A stretch of 64,000 nucleotides of DNA, taken from NCBI GenBank assembly GCA_043228905.1, contig JBHGNT010000016.1, positions 18,104,001 to 18,168,000 on the forward strand. Direction: 5' to 3'. The notes beneath the pieces are model-generated. The model saw only the letters and a list, made by a program, of their open reading frames with translations, was not told where the DNA came from and did no database searches. The stretch is from Azolla caroliniana (taxonomy: Eukaryota > Plantae > Polypodiophyta). Positions 58,791 to 64,000 of the stretch are shown in pieces (position 1 is the first letter of the stretch; every line of letters begins with the position of its first letter). The position numbers were made by a program, and so were the translations under genes.

Positions 58791-61700
58791 GTTTGAACCG
58801 ATTTGGGTCTATCTTCCTTTCATATCTTCCTTTCCTCCTCTTCCTTTTATCTTCTTATTAGCCCTCTTATCCTCCCTAGTAAAATGGAAACTGTTAGCGC
58901 TCAGGAATACCAATCTGTTTTCTCGGAGATCCAATGCTTAAAAGAGAAAATCATCGTTTGTTGGGGGATCTTCAACAAATAGCGCTGGAGAAACAACAAC
59001 ATGGGGAGCTGACGTTACGTGTACAACAACTCGAAGCGACTATCATATCATTACAACAACAAGGATCAAGCACTCAAGGGATTCACAAAGAACCCAAGAT
59101 CGATCTTCCTGCAAAATTTGATGGGACCCGATCACAGTTTAGAGGGTTTTTTGAATCAGGTACATTTAGTGATACAAATGCATCCTTCTCGATATCCCAC
59201 TAATGCATCACGAGTGGGACTAGTAGGCACTCTCCTTAGTGGCTCAGTGTTAGCATGGTTTGCTCCATTGTTGGAAAAGGAATCTCCATTACTAAACAGT
59301 TTTGAAGAATTTATAAGTGAGTTTAAGGCCTGTTTTGGAGATACTGACAGCATAAGGACTGCAATCAGCAAAATCCTGCGAATACGCCAAGGTGATCGTC
59401 CAGCCTCCGCATACGCTGCAGATTTCCGCCTACTCGTTGCCGATATCCCTTGGGATGATCACACATTGATGGAGCAATTCCATTATGGCTTACGCAACGA
59501 TGTCAAGGATTTACTCTTGACCTTCCCCAAAGAGCCAAAGTCATTAACAGAAGCAATTAGTCATGCAGTGAGATGCGACAACTATCTCTTCAAACGACGT
59601 TCGGAATGACAATTCCAAATTCCGAGGGCAAGATTAGAGCCTACCTACGCCTCAGTGGAAGCGAAACCTTTTCCGATGGAGTCATATAATGCACCTCCAG
59701 TAACTACTCCAACTTTGATGGAAATTGACACCACACGTCATCGTGGACTGCTATCGGAAGAAGAAAAGCAACGACGTTGAGCAAACCGACTATGTCTTTA
59801 TTGTGGTGGACTAGGTCATATCGCGGTAAACTGTCCCCATAGGCCAAGAAGGTAGGTAAACCAAATAGTTGCTACTTCTAATTGTACTAAACCCGAGTCT
59901 ATTTCAGTAGGGATATCTGATAGTCCTAATAGTACTAATAGCCCAAATCTAGCAAACAAATTTGATGTCCTTAGTCAGTTAGAGGAAGAGTTAAACGACT
60001 AAGTCTAGCCAAAATAGGAGCCATTTGGTTGGACAACCCTAGATCTGTGCAGCCCATTAGTGGTTCCATTCCCTCTAAGCAAGTTAGCAATGTGTTCGTA
60101 GCCCAAGTAACAGTTAGTACTAAAAGTACTCCTCCAGTACATGTCTTAGCGCTTCTAGATTCCGGAGCTAATTCTTGCTTCATGGATAGGAAATTTGCCC
60201 AAGCTCATCAGATATCTCTCAGAAAACTCCCATGTCCTGCCTCTGTAGTAGTTATTGATGGTCATCCCATTGCTTCCGGAAATATCATAGAAGAGTTAGA
60301 GCCCGTTAATATTGTCCTAGATAATCTAGCATGTGTCATATCATTTAATATAATTAGCATGCCAGAACACCCCGTTGTCTTAGGATTACCATGGATCGAA
60401 TTACATAACCCAGACATAGATTGGCCGACAAGAGAAATCCGGCATCGAAAAGCCCGAGGGTCTACTCATGAGATTGCAACGATTTCACTACATCAGTTGT
60501 GTGAGGAAGGACTCAAGGAAGAAATGTTTCTCTTCGCAATATCAGTAAAACCGTCCAGCACCACTAAAGAGGAATCGACCGTTCAACTTCCAGAGAAGTA
60601 TCGTCATTATGCCGATGTGTTTGATAAAGTACAAGCCAATACACTTCCTCACCATCGACCATATGATTGCCCCATCGATTTACAACCGGGCAAAGAGCCA
60701 CCATGGGGACCGATCTACAATCTGTCACCAACCGAACTGGAAGTCCTTCGAGCCTATATACAGGGGAATTTGGAGAATGGTTTCATATGACATTCGAAAT
60801 CTCCAGCCGGCGCACCCATTTTCTTCATCAAGAAAAAGGATGGCTCACTTCGTCTCGTTGTAGATTACTGTGGCTTAAATAAGGTTACAATCCGAAATAG
60901 GTATGCACCCCCCCATATCTCAAGTCTTTTAGAACGGATCAATGGTGCCAGGTTCTTCACGAAGATGGACTTCCGGGGAGCCTATAACCTCATATGGATC
61001 CAACCAGGAGATGAAAGAAAGACCGCGTTCCGCACCAGATATGGGCATTTCGAGTATACGGTCATGTCGTTCAGCCTCACTAATGCACCGGCACATGGCA
61101 AATGATATTTTCCAAGATCTCTTGGATGTGTGTCTAATCATCTATTTGGATGATCTACTGGTTTACTTAAAGACCCAAGAAGAGCATGATTCTCATGTAC
61201 TGTTAGTACTCAAACGACTTCGAGAACATGGCCTTTATGCAAAGCTGGAAAAATGTAGTTTCGGGTGCAACCAGGTGGAATTTCTCGGCTATGTCATTTC
61301 CTCAGAAGGCATCTCCATGAACCCAGCTAAGGTCAAAACGGTGGTACAATGGCAGACTCCGCGTTCGGTGTAGAATGTGTAATGCTTTCTAGGCTTTGCC
61401 AATTTTTACCAAAATTTTATAAAGGATTACTCAAAGCTTGTTTTGCCTCTTATACAACTTACTAGGAAGGGAGAATCGTTCGTCTGGTCTAAAGAAGCAG
61501 ACATGGCTTTTGAGAATCTTAAATAGGCATTTACATCGGCTCTGATTCTAGGTCACGATGATCCAGAAAAACCATTCATCATCGAAGCGAACGCATCGGA
61601 TTTTGCATTGGGGAGCATTCTATCACAACGAGGTAATGATGAAAAGCTACATCCTATGGCTTTTCACTCACGCAAGTTTGATGCCGCGGAAATCAACTAC

Positions 61701-63867
61701 GAAATTCATGATAAAGAGCTATTGGCTATAGTGGACTCTTTTATGCAATGGAGGCATTTTGTAGAGGGATCTTCTCATCAAGTCACTGTAATCAGTGACC
61801 ACAAAAACCTCCCCTATTTTCAAGACGCTCGTGTGTTAAATCGACGTCTAGCACGGTGGGCCCATTTTCTCACGCATTTCGACTTCAAAATTACATATCA
61901 ACCTGGAAAGCATCAAGGGAAAGCAGATGCATTATCACGCCGTTCATACCTAGCATCGCGTACCGAAGAGCCAGCTTTCGATAACCAAAAGCAAGTAATC
62001 TTGGGACTGGCACGACTGCAACCAACACAGGTCTTTGGCATGCCCATGGATTCCCATGTTATCAATATCATACGTGCAGACCTGACGACAAATGCTTTCG
62101 CCCAAGCTATACTAGCACAAATTGATCCCTCTCGAGCGTCGTGTTCAAAGTCGCAACCACCAGGTACGAACTATCGGCAATTCAAATACCATGACGAATT
62201 ACTCTTCTTTAAAGAACTTCTGTATGTTCCTAATGGTTCTTGCCACCTTCGAGTAGTACAAAACTATCATGACACATATACAGATGGGCATTTTGGTAGT
62301 ACTAAAACATTAGATTTAGTACCACGATCATTCTGGTGGCCCCATATGCGACAATTTGTCGAATATTTTGTTCGGACTTGTGATACATGCTGCAAAACGA
62401 AAATGCCAAGGCATCATCCATATGGTTTATTAGAACCATTACCAATTCCAAGCAAGTCGTGGCAATCCATTGCTCTAGACTTCATCACAGATCTTCCAAT
62501 CTCTAAGGGGTTCAATGCGATTCTAACAGTGGTAGATCAATATACGAAGATGGCTCATTTCTTGCCATCAACTAAGGAAATTTCCAATGGAGACACCGCC
62601 GAAATTGTCATGCGTGAAGTATGTGGGCATTATGGACTTCCCAATAGTATCATCAGCGACCATGGACCCCAGTTCGTGTCCAAATTTTGGAAGCACCTTT
62701 TTAAAATGCTCAAGGTCACTTGTAACCTCTCCTCCGGCTACCACCCACAAACCGACGGCCAAGCCGAACGAACAAATCAAACGCTGGAGCAGTATCGACG
62801 GTGCTTTCTCAGCTATCATCAAGATGACTGGGCATATATTCTCTACTTCGCCGAATTTTCCTATAATAACTCTATCCACACATCGAATAAAGATATTGCA
62901 TTTTATGCTTATACGGAATGTCACCCCCGGTGGTGTGTACTTGAAACCCTAGAGGTGTCCACAAATCCTTGCGTGGAGGATCGTTTGGAGCGATTACGCA
63001 AGAGACAAGAGGATTTATCTACTCATCCCCAACAAGGTCAACAAACACACAAGGTTTATGCGGATCGTCATCAACTCCCATCCACTTTTAACATTGGAGA
63101 TCGGGTATGGCTACTACGATGACACATCAAGACTACTTGCCCATGTGAGAAGTTAGATTATCGGCGATTTGGTTCTTTCCATATTATAGGAAAGATTAAT
63201 GATGTCGCTTTCCGTCTCGATCTACCTCCGCAACTTCGGATACATCCGGTGTTTCATAGTTCTCTCCTCGAACCCTATCAAGAGAGCACCATCCCAGGAC
63301 GTATTACACAGCCTCCACCCCCGATCGAGCTTGAAGATGGACCTCAGTACGAGGTTGCCGGCATCCTTGATTCCAAGATTGTTTGCAACAAGCTCTACTA
63401 CCTAGTTGATTGGCTAGGATATAGTCCCAGCGAGCGTACTTGGGAACCGATAGAGAATGTCACCAATGCTCGTGCTCTTCTTGAAGACTTCTATCGTTAA
63501 TATCTAGAAAAACCGGGTCCTCAATCCAAAACGACTCATTACACTCGTCGTTTTAAAGGGGGGATATTGTCATGATATGGCAAGACTCGAACCCATGACC
63601 TTATGCTACATGGGTCGAGCTCTTGACCATTAGACCATACATTGTAATATGTAAAATATTATTTTCATTTATATTTTATTATAAAAAATTGATGTATATT
63701 CCAAATTTCTCTAGAACATTCTAGAAACTTCAGGAGGATTCCTTAGAACACTATAAAAGGAGGCACAAGGGATTATTTCCAACCAAATCGGTTCAACGCC
63801 AGTCTTAAGCCTCCCAACTACTACTGTACATTCTCTTCATGTAATATATATGTTTTCTTATCATCAC

Positions 63868-63918
<51 letters not shown>

Positions 63919-64000
63919 TCCTCTCACTCATTTTGTCCTTCTATCGAGAGTTCTTCACCTCTCTTAGTACTAATATTTCTTTTAGTACTAATTCCTTCTC
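58370..64000 (+). mobile_element. Near full-length decayed Tcn1-like chromovirus; the 3' LTR starts at 63568 and runs off the window
   Basis: LTR 58370-58790, self-priming PBS 58793-58806, gag, PR (60029-60790), RT, RH-INT ORF 61608-63122, chromodomain 63249-63500. Confidence 0.95.
63872..63915. repeat. (CT)n microsatellite in the LTR
   Basis: Seen directly; expanded relative to the 58370 LTR. Confidence 0.95.

Overview
Gene-free heterochromatin-like eukaryotic DNA, probably from a land plant. A bryophyte is inferred from the Tcn1-like self-priming chromoviruses and the tRNA-Trp-primed Gypsy elements with 4-bp TSDs. The oldest layer is a tandem array of about 300-350 bp units, each headed by a tRNA-Lys(UUU) copy. 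There are 15 copies, mostly decayed, arranged as a duplicated higher-order repeat, and the array has been pushed apart by nested LTR retrotransposons. Main nest: solo LTR > Copia (14835-37971) > Athila-like Gypsy (15248-28585) > a young gag-only non-autonomous element (17404-21030), with a chromovirus (31073-35972) also inside the Copia. Second nest: Athila-like (from 39465) > tRNA-Trp Gypsy (43391-52194) > a second gag-only element. The window ends with tandem chromoviruses sharing an LTR. Most notable signals: (i) antisense tRNA-like A-box/B-box modules with canonical spacing in the LTRs of two unrelated retroelement groups; (ii) a gag-only satellite family whose protein lacks the zinc knuckle and ends in a conserved Trp-rich motif; (iii) the tRNA-Lys satellite itself; (iv) a 108-bp palindromic TG..CA element inside a tRNA copy. 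All comparisons were made by eye and no database search was run.
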